NCBI GenBank assembly: GCA_043803685.1
Contig: JAZDJU010000040.1
Coordinates: forward strand, 1-64,000
Source of the DNA: Candidatus Omnitrophota bacterium
Lineage (GTDB): Bacteria; Omnitrophota; Omnitrophia; Omnitrophales; Aquincolibacteriaceae
Direction of reading: 5' to 3'
Length of the DNA: 64,000 nt
Below are positions 48,607 to 56,935 of this stretch, in pieces. Numbering within the stretch: the first letter of the stretch is position 1; each line of letters opens with the position of its first letter. The notes below the pieces were generated by a model that searched no databases, was not told where the DNA came from, and saw only the letters and a program-made list of their open reading frames with translations. A program made the translations under genes and the position numbers.

Positions 48607-48745
48607 CAAAGTGTCGCCTGGAAAGGCGACGCTTTGCGTGAAGGCGGGGAACGGTCAGCGGGAAGCGCATTCTTTGCGTTCCCCGTTCTCCGTTTCCCGT
48701 TTTTTTCTTTCCAATGGTTTTTCACAGACTGCCCGCAGGCTGAGT

Positions 48746-49624
48746 ATGAAAAAAATCACCCTTCAGAGTCCCGCGAAACTCAATCTCCACCTGCGCATTC
48801 TTGGGAAACAGCCGGACGGGTATCACAAGCTTTTGACGCTTTTCCACCGCATTTCGCTCGTGGACACGATCGTGATCCGCAAACGTTCCGCGGGTTTCAA
48901 GCTCACGACGAACATTCCTTCGCTTGAGACCGGGGAAGGGAACCTCATTACCAAAGCCTACCGCGCGCTTCAGAAGAGATTCCCGGAGTTGGGCGGGGTT
49001 TCTGTGCGACTTACCAAGCGTATTCCTCTGGGGGCGGGGCTCGGCGGCGGTTCCAGCAATGCGGCGTTCTTTCTCTTGGGGATGAAAAGACTTTTCCGGC
49101 TCAAGCTTTCCACGAAGGAGCTCTTGGCCATGGGGAAGAAGCTCGGGGCCGATGTCCCGTTCTTCCTTCTCGAGGCACGGCAGGCGTTGGCCTGGGGGAT
49201 CGGGGACAAGCTCGAAAAGACGCCGTGCCGTGCACGTCTCGGATTTCTCTTACTTGTAACAGACCAGGGGCTGAATACGCGAAAAGTCTATCAAACGCTT
49301 GCCTGGAGCGGGCGGCCCCTTTCCTTGACAAAGGAAAGGCGTATTGCTAAAATCCTGCGCTCTTTTCTAGATAGAAAGAGGATCCGGGAAGCATCGACGC
49401 TCGCGCAAAATGACCTGGAAACACCGGCCTTTCGCTTAATGCCGTCCGTTCCCAAAGCCATGTCGGTCCTCAAAGACCACGGCGCGCCTTTCGTTCTCAT
49501 GAGTGGAAGCGGGGCCACGGTCTTCGTAGCATTCTCCAGCCGGAAAAAAGCTTTAGATTTATCGAAGAGATTGAAAGAAGTTCCCTTTCCTTTTCGCAAG
49601 GTGATTTGTCACTCATACGAGTAG
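48746..49624 (+). CDS. ispE: 4-diphosphocytidyl-2-C-methyl-D-erythritol kinase
   Basis: PAKLNL.L, DGYH, KRIP.GAGLGGGSS.AA, GADVPF, NDLE, MSGSG. Confidence 0.96.
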   Translation: MKKITLQSPAKLNLHLRILGKQPDGYHKLLTLFHRISLVDTIVIRKRSAGFKLTTNIPSLETGEGNLITKAYRALQKRFPELGGVSVRLTKRIPLGAGLGGGSSNAAFFLLGMKRLFRLKLSTKELLAMGKKLGADVPFFLLEARQALAWGIGDKLEKTPCRARLGFLLLVTDQGLNTRKVYQTLAWSGRPLSLTKERRIAKILRSFLDRKRIREASTLAQNDLETPAFRLMPSVPKAMSVLKDHGAPFVLMSGSGATVFVAFSSRKKALDLSKRLKEVPFPFRKVICHSYE

Positions 49625-49818
49625 TCCCAATACTGATCAAATGAAGCGAATCGGTCCCAATACCGATCAATCAAAGCGTAGCTGAGATTGGGGCCGTCCA
49701 AACTTCCATCGTGGAAAAGAATAAAAAGTTTGGGCGGAAATTGGGGCAATCCTTTCTCAGGCTTTTGATTCAAAGCACGGCTGGAAGAAGATCTTTAAGG
49801 ACGGTTTTGTAAGTTTAT

Positions 49819-49927
49819 TGCCCGGTGGTGAAATGGTATCACACTGCCCTTTTCCGCCTGAGGCGGATTCGTCCGCGAGGCGAATCCCCCGATGGACGGA
49901 TTCGCCTCTGGCGAAGGAGGCAAGATT
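49819..49927 (+). pseudogene. 5' part of tRNA-Gln with 63-bp insertion in the anticodon
   Basis: TGCCCGG-TG-GTGAAATGGTATCAC-A-CTGCC-CTTT [49853-49915 insert] GGA-GGCAA-GATT, truncated before T arm. Confidence 0.85.
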
Positions 49928-49932
49928 TTTAA

Positions 49933-50169
49933 ATGTGGGTCTATGTTTTGGAAAGTCAAAAAGACAACCGTCATTACGTTGGCAGCGGTGAAGACGTCGA
50001 AGAAAGATTGCGGCGGCACAATTTAGGCGATTATCGCTATACTAAGGGTCATCGTCCGTGGATTGCGATTTACCGGGAGTTTTGCAAGTCTCGCTCGAAG
50101 GCTGTTAAGCGCGAACGGTTTTTGAAGTCAGGTGTCGGGCGAAAGTATTTGAAAACAGTTTTACAGTAG
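49933..50169 (+). CDS. small GIY-YIG nuclease family protein
   Basis: VYVL...YVGS..D.E.RL..HN.G..RYTK..RPW...E....S.A..RE..LKS. Confidence 0.93.
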   Translation: MWVYVLESQKDNRHYVGSGEDVEERLRRHNLGDYRYTKGHRPWIAIYREFCKSRSKAVKRERFLKSGVGRKYLKTVLQ

Positions 50170-50182
50170 CTTGATCAGTTAG

Positions 50183-50253
50183 TGCCCCGTGGTGAAATGG
50201 TATCACACTGCCCTTTGGAGGCAAGGTTCCTGGTTCGAGCCCAGGCGGGGCAG
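50183..50253 (+). tRNA. tRNA-Gln(TTG)
   Basis: cloverleaf: acceptor TGCCCCG/CGGGGCA, D arm GTGA/TCAC, loop CT-TTG-GA, T arm CCTGG-TTCGAGC-CCAGG; no encoded CCA. Confidence 0.92.
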
Positions 50254-50263
50254 ATTTGAGCAT

Positions 50264-50776
50264 ATGATGGAAAAATTAATGATAGAAATATTAGAAAAGT
50301 TTCAAGGCGCCTTTTTAGTTTTACTGAGCTCTCTGTTGAGTTTCCTGTTTGCGTTATGGGCATTCAATCATCAGGAAGCGAGAAGAGAAGGAAAAAACGA
50401 AAAAGATGTTTTAAAGAATTTTCTTAGCGAGATTAAATTAAATGAAATTCGTTGTGGAATGATGGTCGATTCCGAATCATTTAATTTATTCGATATCGAT
50501 GTTCTTAACAGGTTTAAGAATAGCGCGCAATTTTTGAGCAAAGCCATTGCCAAATATGTAATTTTCATTGGACTCGTTAATAATAGCGTTGCTGATTTTT
50601 TGGATTTCGAGCGATTTTATACTGGTGATGCAAAAAACGGGACTCAAGAAAACGAGAAAGCGTCGAATTCTAAAAGAATCAGACTGCTTGAAAGCCTGAA
50701 AAGTTTCCAAGAAACTTTGGCTATGGCTAAGGCTGATGTCGCGGCTATTTTAGAAAAGGGTAAGATGGGTAAATAA
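50264..50776 (+). CDS. hypothetical AT-rich protein with N-terminal TM
   Basis: open frame, TM then E...N motif; composition differs from host genes. Confidence 0.65.
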   Translation: MMEKLMIEILEKFQGAFLVLLSSLLSFLFALWAFNHQEARREGKNEKDVLKNFLSEIKLNEIRCGMMVDSESFNLFDIDVLNRFKNSAQFLSKAIAKYVIFIGLVNNSVADFLDFERFYTGDAKNGTQENEKASNSKRIRLLESLKSFQETLAMAKADVAAILEKGKMGK

Positions 50777-50778
50777 TT

Positions 50779-50888
50779 ACTGCCCTTTTCCGCCTGAGGC
50801 GGATTCGTCCGCGAGGCGAATCCCCCGATGGACGGATTCGCCTCTGGCGAAGGAGACAAGATTCCTGGTTCGAGTCCAGGCCGGGCAG
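50779..50888 (+). pseudogene. 3' part of tRNA-Gln with the same 63-bp anticodon insertion
   Basis: ACTGCCCTTT [50789-50851 insert] GGAGACAAGATT-CCTGG-TTCGAGT-CCAGG-CCGGGCA-G; acceptor strand pairs with 49819-49825. Confidence 0.85.
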
Positions 50889-51052
50889 TTGTTCTAGTGA
50901 ACAACTACTATGCCGTGAGAGTTCAGGGATAACTCTCTACGGCATGGCAGTTTTGCCAGTGCAAAACTACTACGCTGTGACGGCTCAATGAAAGCCGTCT
51001 ACCGCGTCGCCGTCTCTGTCGCAGTTTTGTAAATGAGGATGTCTGAACTTAC

Positions 51053-51964
51053 ATGAAAAACGGAATGAAGGATAAAACGAAGGAAACGATCGCGGCGTAC
51101 GGCTTTCTCATGCCGAACCTGCTCGGGTTCCTTCTGTTCACGTCGATCCCGGTGCTGGCGTCTATGGGACTCAGTTTCGTGAAGTGGGACCTTTTGTCGG
51201 ACGGTCCGCAGTTCACGGGGCTTGCGAACTTTATCGAGCTCGTCAAAGACCCGTTCTTCGGGAAGTACTGCTGGAACACGATGGTCCTGATGGTGGCCAT
51301 TCCCATCAGTATGACCGGGTCGCTTCTCTTGGCGATCGCGCTCAACCAGAAGCTTAAAGGTACGGTCGTTTTCAGGACGCTCTATTTTCTCCCGACCATC
51401 TGCTCGGGCGTTGCGATCTTCATGCTCTGGCGTTTGATCTATAATCCCAATTTTGGCCTCTTGAATGGGATGATCGCAAATTTTGGGGATTTGCTGGGGC
51501 TGCATTTGACGGGACCGAACTGGCTAACCGACGAGGCGTGGGCCAAACCGTCTTTTATTATCATGAGTGTGTGGCAATCGATCGGCGGATATAACATGAT
51601 CCTTTATCTCGCGGCGTTGCAGGGGGTGCCGCGGGACCTTTATGACGCCGCGGAAGTGGACGGCGCGAACAACTGGCAGAAGTTCTGGAACGTGACCTGG
51701 CCGCAGATCTCACCGACGACCTTTTTTATCGCGACCATGAGCTTGATCGGCGGGTTCCAGGCGGGGTTCGACCAGGCGTACATCATGACGGGCGGCGGGC
51801 CGAACGGGTCCACGACGACGATCATTTATTACATTTTCAACAACGCGTTCGAATGGTACCGCATGGGATACGCGGCCGCTATTTCGTGGGTCCTGTTCCT
51901 GATCATTTTTGCCGCGACGGTCGTGAAATGGCGTTTTTTCGGCAAGTCGGTCCATTACACCTGA
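51053..51964 (+). CDS. carbohydrate ABC transporter permease (MalF/UgpA type)
   Basis: GLANF, FRTLYFLP, EAA-like LYDAAEVDGA, TGGGP. Confidence 0.92.
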   Translation: MKNGMKDKTKETIAAYGFLMPNLLGFLLFTSIPVLASMGLSFVKWDLLSDGPQFTGLANFIELVKDPFFGKYCWNTMVLMVAIPISMTGSLLLAIALNQKLKGTVVFRTLYFLPTICSGVAIFMLWRLIYNPNFGLLNGMIANFGDLLGLHLTGPNWLTDEAWAKPSFIIMSVWQSIGGYNMILYLAALQGVPRDLYDAAEVDGANNWQKFWNVTWPQISPTTFFIATMSLIGGFQAGFDQAYIMTGGGPNGSTTTIIYYIFNNAFEWYRMGYAAAISWVLFLIIFAATVVKWRFFGKSVHYT

Positions 51965-51973
51965 GGAAAAATT

Positions 51974-52930
51974 ATGGGAACGCATATCGATCAGTTGATC
52001 CATGAAGAGATGAAGCAAGAGATCGCCGCGTCCGCTTCCCGATCCAAAAAGAAAAGAGTCGTGAAGGTGGTGACCGAGCTCAAGGAAAAGTCTCCTTTAA
52101 AGAGGAGACTCCAGCGTGCGGTGCTTTTTGTGGCGCTTTCGGTGGGGGCGGTAAGTATGGCCGCGCCATTCCTTTGGATGATCTCAACCTCGCTCGCTGA
52201 TGCGGGACAGGTGTTTGCCGAGAACCGTCCGTGGTGGCAGGAATGGTTGCCCACCACTTTCGTATGGCAGAATTATGTCCGGGTCTGGGCCGTGGTCCCA
52301 TTCGCGCAGTTTTTTCTGAATTCCATCTTTGTCAGTCTTTGCATCACGTTCGGGCAGGTCGTCACGAGTTCGATGGCCGCGTACGCGTTCGCGCGCTTGA
52401 ATTTTCCGGGCCGCGACAGGCTCTTTTTCGGTTATCTCGCGACCATGATGATCCCTGGCGCGGTGACTATGATCCCAGTCTTTATCCTGCTCCGCCATTT
52501 TGGCTGGATCGACACGTACAAGGCTCTGATCCTTCCTGGGATCTTTACCGCTTACGGGACGTTCATGCTGCGGCAGTTCTTTCTCACGCTGCCCAAGGAT
52601 CTGGAAGACGCCGCGAAGATCGACGGATGCTCGTATGTCCGTATTTTCTGGCATATCATTCTTCCGCTTTCAAAACCGGCCCTCGCGACCTTGACCACGT
52701 TTACATTCATGGGGTCGTGGATGAACCTGATGTGGCCTTTGATCGTGGTGAATACGCACACGAAATACACGCTGCCGGTTGGACTGGCTTATTTTCAGGG
52801 AGTGCACGGCACGGACTGGACGCTCCTCATGGCGGCATCGATGATGATGGTCCTGCCGATCTTGATCGTCTTTTTATTCAATCAACGGTTCTTTGTTGAA
52901 GGTATCAAGCTAACCGGGATCAAGGGATAA
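51974..52930 (+). CDS. carbohydrate ABC transporter permease (MalG/UgpE type)
   Basis: AAYAFARL.FPGR, LEDAAKIDG, QRFFVEGI. Confidence 0.92.
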   Translation: MGTHIDQLIHEEMKQEIAASASRSKKKRVVKVVTELKEKSPLKRRLQRAVLFVALSVGAVSMAAPFLWMISTSLADAGQVFAENRPWWQEWLPTTFVWQNYVRVWAVVPFAQFFLNSIFVSLCITFGQVVTSSMAAYAFARLNFPGRDRLFFGYLATMMIPGAVTMIPVFILLRHFGWIDTYKALILPGIFTAYGTFMLRQFFLTLPKDLEDAAKIDGCSYVRIFWHIILPLSKPALATLTTFTFMGSWMNLMWPLIVVNTHTKYTLPVGLAYFQGVHGTDWTLLMAASMMMVLPILIVFLFNQRFFVEGIKLTGIKG

Positions 52931-52936
52931 TCTTTC

Positions 52937-54187
52937 ATGGAAGCGATCGTGCTCGCGGCGGGAAAAGGAACGCGGATGTGTTCCGAGCTGCCGAAAGTCC
53001 TGCATCCGGTGTTCGGAAAGCCCGTGCTCGGATACGTGCTCGAGACTTTGGCCGGTGCCGGGATCAAGAACCTCCTGGTGGTCGTGGGCCACAAGGCCGA
53101 TGAAGTGCGTTCCTTCGCGAAAAATTATGGCGCGACCTCGGTGCTTCAGCGCGAGCAAAAAGGGACCGGCCACGCGGTGATGATGGCCAAGGCCGCGATT
53201 AAACAGGCGCAAGGTCCTGTGCTGGTTTGGCCGGGGGATATGCCGCTTGTGAAGGCGGAAACGCTTACGAAGTTTCTGGCGGCGCATAAAAAGTCGCAGG
53301 CGCATGTGAGTGTTCTGTCCTGTATCCAGAACGACCCGTTCGGTTATGGAAGGATCGTGAGAGAAGAAGGGCATTTTGCCGCGATCCGCGAAGAGCTGGA
53401 CGCCACGCCCGAAGAGCGCGCGATCCGGGAAGTGAATACCGGTATCTATCTTTTTGATAAAAAAGTTTTGTTTGAAGCTCTGGGAAAGATCGGACAGAAC
53501 AATCAAAAGGGCGAGTATTATTTGACGGACACTGTGGAAATTCTCCGGCGCGAAGGTTATTGCGTGGAGGCTTTCGCGCTTGCGGACGCGGAAGAAGGGC
53601 AGGGGATCAATTCCCAGAATGATCTGGCCGCCGTGACGAAAAAGATCAATGAACGGGAGATCGCCAAGCACCAGGGAAAAGGCGTGACGTTCATGGCTCC
53701 CGAGCAGACCTTTGTGGCGCCGGGCGTGAAGATCGGCAAAGGTGCGACGATCTATCCGTGGTGTTTCATTGAAGGTGGGGTCGAGATCGGTGCGGGAAGT
53801 GAGATCGGTCCTTTCGCGAAGATCCGCCGCGGCACCGTGATCGGCGACGGCGCGGTGATCGGGAGTTTTGTCGAGGTGAACCGGAGCCGTCTCGGGAAAA
53901 AAGTTTCAGCCAAGCATTTGACTTATTTGGGGGACGCGGTGATCGGCGACGGTGTGAATATCGGAGCCGGGACGGTCACGGCGAATTTTGACGGAAAGAA
54001 GAAGCACCCGACCGTGATCGGGAAAAATGTGATGGTGGGTTCTAATACGGTCTTTGTGGCGCCTGTCCGCATCCCGGATGGAGTAAAAACGGGCGCGGGG
54101 TCCGTGGTGATCTCAAAAATTAAAATTAAAAAAGGGGATGTGGTCGTCGGCGTTCCAGCCCGGCCCGTCTCGAAGAAGAAAAGGTAG
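52937..54187 (+). CDS. glmU: bifunctional UDP-GlcNAc pyrophosphorylase / glucosamine-1-P acetyltransferase
   Basis: LAAGKGTRM.S.LPKVLH, GTGHAV, GYGRI, EYYLTD, HLTYLGDA, hexapeptide repeats. Confidence 0.95.
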   Translation: MEAIVLAAGKGTRMCSELPKVLHPVFGKPVLGYVLETLAGAGIKNLLVVVGHKADEVRSFAKNYGATSVLQREQKGTGHAVMMAKAAIKQAQGPVLVWPGDMPLVKAETLTKFLAAHKKSQAHVSVLSCIQNDPFGYGRIVREEGHFAAIREELDATPEERAIREVNTGIYLFDKKVLFEALGKIGQNNQKGEYYLTDTVEILRREGYCVEAFALADAEEGQGINSQNDLAAVTKKINEREIAKHQGKGVTFMAPEQTFVAPGVKIGKGATIYPWCFIEGGVEIGAGSEIGPFAKIRRGTVIGDGAVIGSFVEVNRSRLGKKVSAKHLTYLGDAVIGDGVNIGAGTVTANFDGKKKHPTVIGKNVMVGSNTVFVAPVRIPDGVKTGAGSVVISKIKIKKGDVVVGVPARPVSKKKR

Positions 54188-54195
54188 GTATTTTT

Positions 54196-55173
54196 ATGGC
54201 GAGGATCCAGAAGAAACAGAACGGGGATATGGTGCTTTTAACGGGGAGCTCTCATCCCGAGCTTGCCAAGGAGATCGCAAGGCATCTCCGAATTCCGCTC
54301 GGCGATGTGTTGCTCGGTCGCTTTCCAGAAGGCGAGATCCAGCTCCAGATCCGCGATAATATTCGCGGCAAGGACGTTTTTATCGTTCAGCCGACCTGCA
54401 CGCCGCCCAACGAGAGTTTGATGGAGCTTTTGATCCTGATCGACGCCGCGCGCCGAGCCTCGGCCAAGCGCATCACGGCGGTGTTGCCGTTCTTTGGTTA
54501 CGCCCGTCAGGACCGCAAGGACAAACCGCGTGTTCCGATCACGGCGAAACTTGTCGCAAATCTGATCGTGAGCGCCGGCGCGAACCGTGTGCTTGCGATG
54601 GATCTTCACGCGGGACAGATCCAGGGATTCTTCGATATTCCGGTGGACCATCTCTATTCGATCACCGTGATGGGAAGCTATTTCAAAAAAAAGAAGATCA
54701 AGGACCTCGTCGTGGTTTCGCCTGACGTGGGCGGGATCAAAATGGCGCGCGGGTATGCCAAGCTTTTCGATTGCGATTTCGCGATCGTGGACAAACGGCG
54801 CGAAAGCGCGTCCCAGACGCATGTGATGCACATCATCGGCTCCGTGGAGGGGAAGAACGTCATCATTATTGATGACATGATCTCGACCGGTGGATCACTC
54901 GTCGAAGCCGCCAAAGCCCTCAAGAAAGCGGGCGCATTGGACATCTATGCTAATATTGTCCACCCTGTTCTGGCCGGTCAGGCCGTGGAGAGGATCCGGG
55001 ACTCTGTGATCAAGGAACTGATTGTGACCAACAGTATCCCGCTCGGGAAAGAAAAACGGATCAAAAAGATCACGCAGCTTTCGATCGCCTCGCTTTTAGC
55101 GGACGCGATCTGCAGGATCCATTATAACGAATCGATCAGCAGTCTTTTTTCAAGTGCAGGAGTTGAAGCATAG
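54196..55173 (+). CDS. prs: ribose-phosphate pyrophosphokinase
   Basis: YARQDRK, DLHAGQIQGFF, VSPDVGG, DDMISTGGS. Confidence 0.97.
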   Translation: MARIQKKQNGDMVLLTGSSHPELAKEIARHLRIPLGDVLLGRFPEGEIQLQIRDNIRGKDVFIVQPTCTPPNESLMELLILIDAARRASAKRITAVLPFFGYARQDRKDKPRVPITAKLVANLIVSAGANRVLAMDLHAGQIQGFFDIPVDHLYSITVMGSYFKKKKIKDLVVVSPDVGGIKMARGYAKLFDCDFAIVDKRRESASQTHVMHIIGSVEGKNVIIIDDMISTGGSLVEAAKALKKAGALDIYANIVHPVLAGQAVERIRDSVIKELIVTNSIPLGKEKRIKKITQLSIASLLADAICRIHYNESISSLFSSAGVEA

Positions 55174-55240
55174 CAGCATAAACCGAACGAGAGGGAAGTC
55201 ACTTCCGTCTTAATCACAGGACATCAAGGAGGAATTTTCA

Positions 55241-55963
55241 ATGCAAACCATCGAATTGCAGGCTAAACCACGCACTCCCAACGGGACCAGCAAGGCACGC
55301 GGGGTCCGTCGCAACGAAATGTTTCCGGCCATCGTCTACGGCCACGGCATGAAGCCGCTCGCGATCGAAGTTCAGGATAAGGCCTTTCTCAAGGCCGTCC
55401 ACACCAAGGCCGGCGCCAACGTCCTGATCACGCTTCAGGTCGAAGGCGTGAAGCTGAAGGAATCCACGTGCCGTATCAAGGCTATTCAGAGCAATCCTAT
55501 TACCGACAAGATCGACCATATTGATTTTATGGTCATTTCGTTGACGGAAAAGATCAAGGTGAAGGTGCCGGTGATCCTTCTTCATGTTGAAGACGCGCCC
55601 GGTATCAAGGAAGGCGGATCGCCTGATCTGGTGCATCGTGAGATCGAGATCGAATGTTTGCCGACCCAGATCCCGGAAAAGATCGAGATCGAGACAAAGG
55701 CCATGAAGATCAATGATGCCGTTCATGCCAAAGATCTGATCCTACCGCAAGGCCTTGTTTGCCTGCTCCAGCCTGAGGAAGTGGTTTTCGCGATCCATCC
55801 TCCTCGTGAGGAAGAAGTGAAGCCCACCGAAGAGGGTGGCGCGGAACCTGAGGTCATGGAAAAGGGTAAGAAAGAGAAGGAAGGCGAGGAAGGGGCGGCT
55901 CCTGCGAAGGCCGCGCCTGCTGCCGGAAAACCTGCCGCGGCACCTGCCAAGGACGCTAAGTAA
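55241..55963 (+). CDS. rplY: 50S ribosomal protein L25/Ctc
   Basis: PAIVYG, Q.NP...HIDF, G.KEGG, EPEV tail. Confidence 0.95.
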   Translation: MQTIELQAKPRTPNGTSKARGVRRNEMFPAIVYGHGMKPLAIEVQDKAFLKAVHTKAGANVLITLQVEGVKLKESTCRIKAIQSNPITDKIDHIDFMVISLTEKIKVKVPVILLHVEDAPGIKEGGSPDLVHREIEIECLPTQIPEKIEIETKAMKINDAVHAKDLILPQGLVCLLQPEEVVFAIHPPREEEVKPTEEGGAEPEVMEKGKKEKEGEEGAAPAKAAPAAGKPAAAPAKDAK

Positions 55964-56021
55964 CGACGATGGATCTCTCGAGGGACGCGTGAGCGCCCCT
56001 CGAGAAGGTCCTGAGGTTCTG

Positions 56022-56624
56022 ATGAAACTCATCATTGGGCTTGGAAATCCAGGGGATGAATATGTCCGTACGCGACATAACATCGGCCGGCGGCTCATGG
56101 AGTTCATCGCGGGAGAAGAAAAGGCGAAGTTCGCCTTTAAGAAATCCCGGTGCTCGGCCGAGACTCCCGTCTCGTGGAGCGGCGAGACACTTTATCTGGC
56201 ATTCCCCATGACCTACATGAATCTTTCCGGGGCGGCGGTTGCTGCGCTTGTCAGATATTGGAAAGTCTCCGCGGACAAAGACCTCTTGGTGGTGGTCGAT
56301 GACGTCGCGCTTCCATTCGGAAAATTCCGTTTGCGCGGCGAAGGAAGTTCGGGGGGGCACAATGGTCTCGCTTCGATCGAAGAACATCTCGGGAGTCGAA
56401 AATATCAAAGGCTCCGCGTCGGGATCGGTTCTTCTGGAGACAGGACGGAGACGGGATCAGTCGGGTTCGAAGGAGTGCTTCGGGATTATGTTCTCTCATC
56501 TTTTTCTGTTACCGAAGAGAAAAAAATGAGCGGGCTTCTTGAAAAAGGAATGGAAGCGTGCCGCGTTTGGGCCGGGGAACCTCTGACGAAGGCCATGAGC
56601 CGGATCAACGCGATGGCTTTATAG
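56022..56624 (+). CDS. pth: peptidyl-tRNA hydrolase
   Basis: GLGNPG..Y..TRHN.G, TYMNLSG, GGHNGL.SI, RLRVGIG. Confidence 0.97.
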   Translation: MKLIIGLGNPGDEYVRTRHNIGRRLMEFIAGEEKAKFAFKKSRCSAETPVSWSGETLYLAFPMTYMNLSGAAVAALVRYWKVSADKDLLVVVDDVALPFGKFRLRGEGSSGGHNGLASIEEHLGSRKYQRLRVGIGSSGDRTETGSVGFEGVLRDYVLSSFSVTEEKKMSGLLEKGMEACRVWAGEPLTKAMSRINAMAL

Positions 56625-56653
56625 AGGCTGTTTGGGGTGCCCGCCATGGGAAA

Positions 56654-56785
56654 ATCCTGATTTCTGCATCATAAAAGAAAATGAAAGTCAGGGTTGCCCA
56701 GGGTCTTTTATTCATTTCCAGGTGGTTGACCCTGGACTATCCTGACTTCTGTATCATAAAAGAAAATGAAAGTCAGGGTTGCCCA
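56654..56785. repeat. 47-bp direct repeat pair of hairpin units
   Basis: 56654-56700 vs 56739-56785, 2 mismatches, separated by another hairpin. Confidence 0.85.
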
Positions 56786-56935
56786 AGTAAAGCATTTGTG
56801 TTACATTGTCACCTCTTTTAGCCCTCTCCATGGGCCAAAAACTTCATAACTGCTTCTGTAGCTTCTGCTTATGAAACTTACGGGAAGAGTTATCATTTTA
56901 ATCTGGAATTGCGCTAGACACTGAGGGAGTGTGTG

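Noticed and set aside
48611..48745. N-terminal extension of IspE
   Set aside because: Read through a heptamer repeat; IspE similarity begins at ATG 48746.
49853..49915. group I intron in tRNA anticodon
   Set aside because: Only 63 bp, no P/Q/R/S core and no terminal G.
50189..50263. N-terminal extension of ORF 50189..50776
   Set aside because: Overlaps the intact tRNA-Gln; ATG at 50264 is more plausible.
56654..56785. mini-CRISPR
   Set aside because: Only two 47-bp repeats, the spacer is itself a hairpin, and no cas genes are present.
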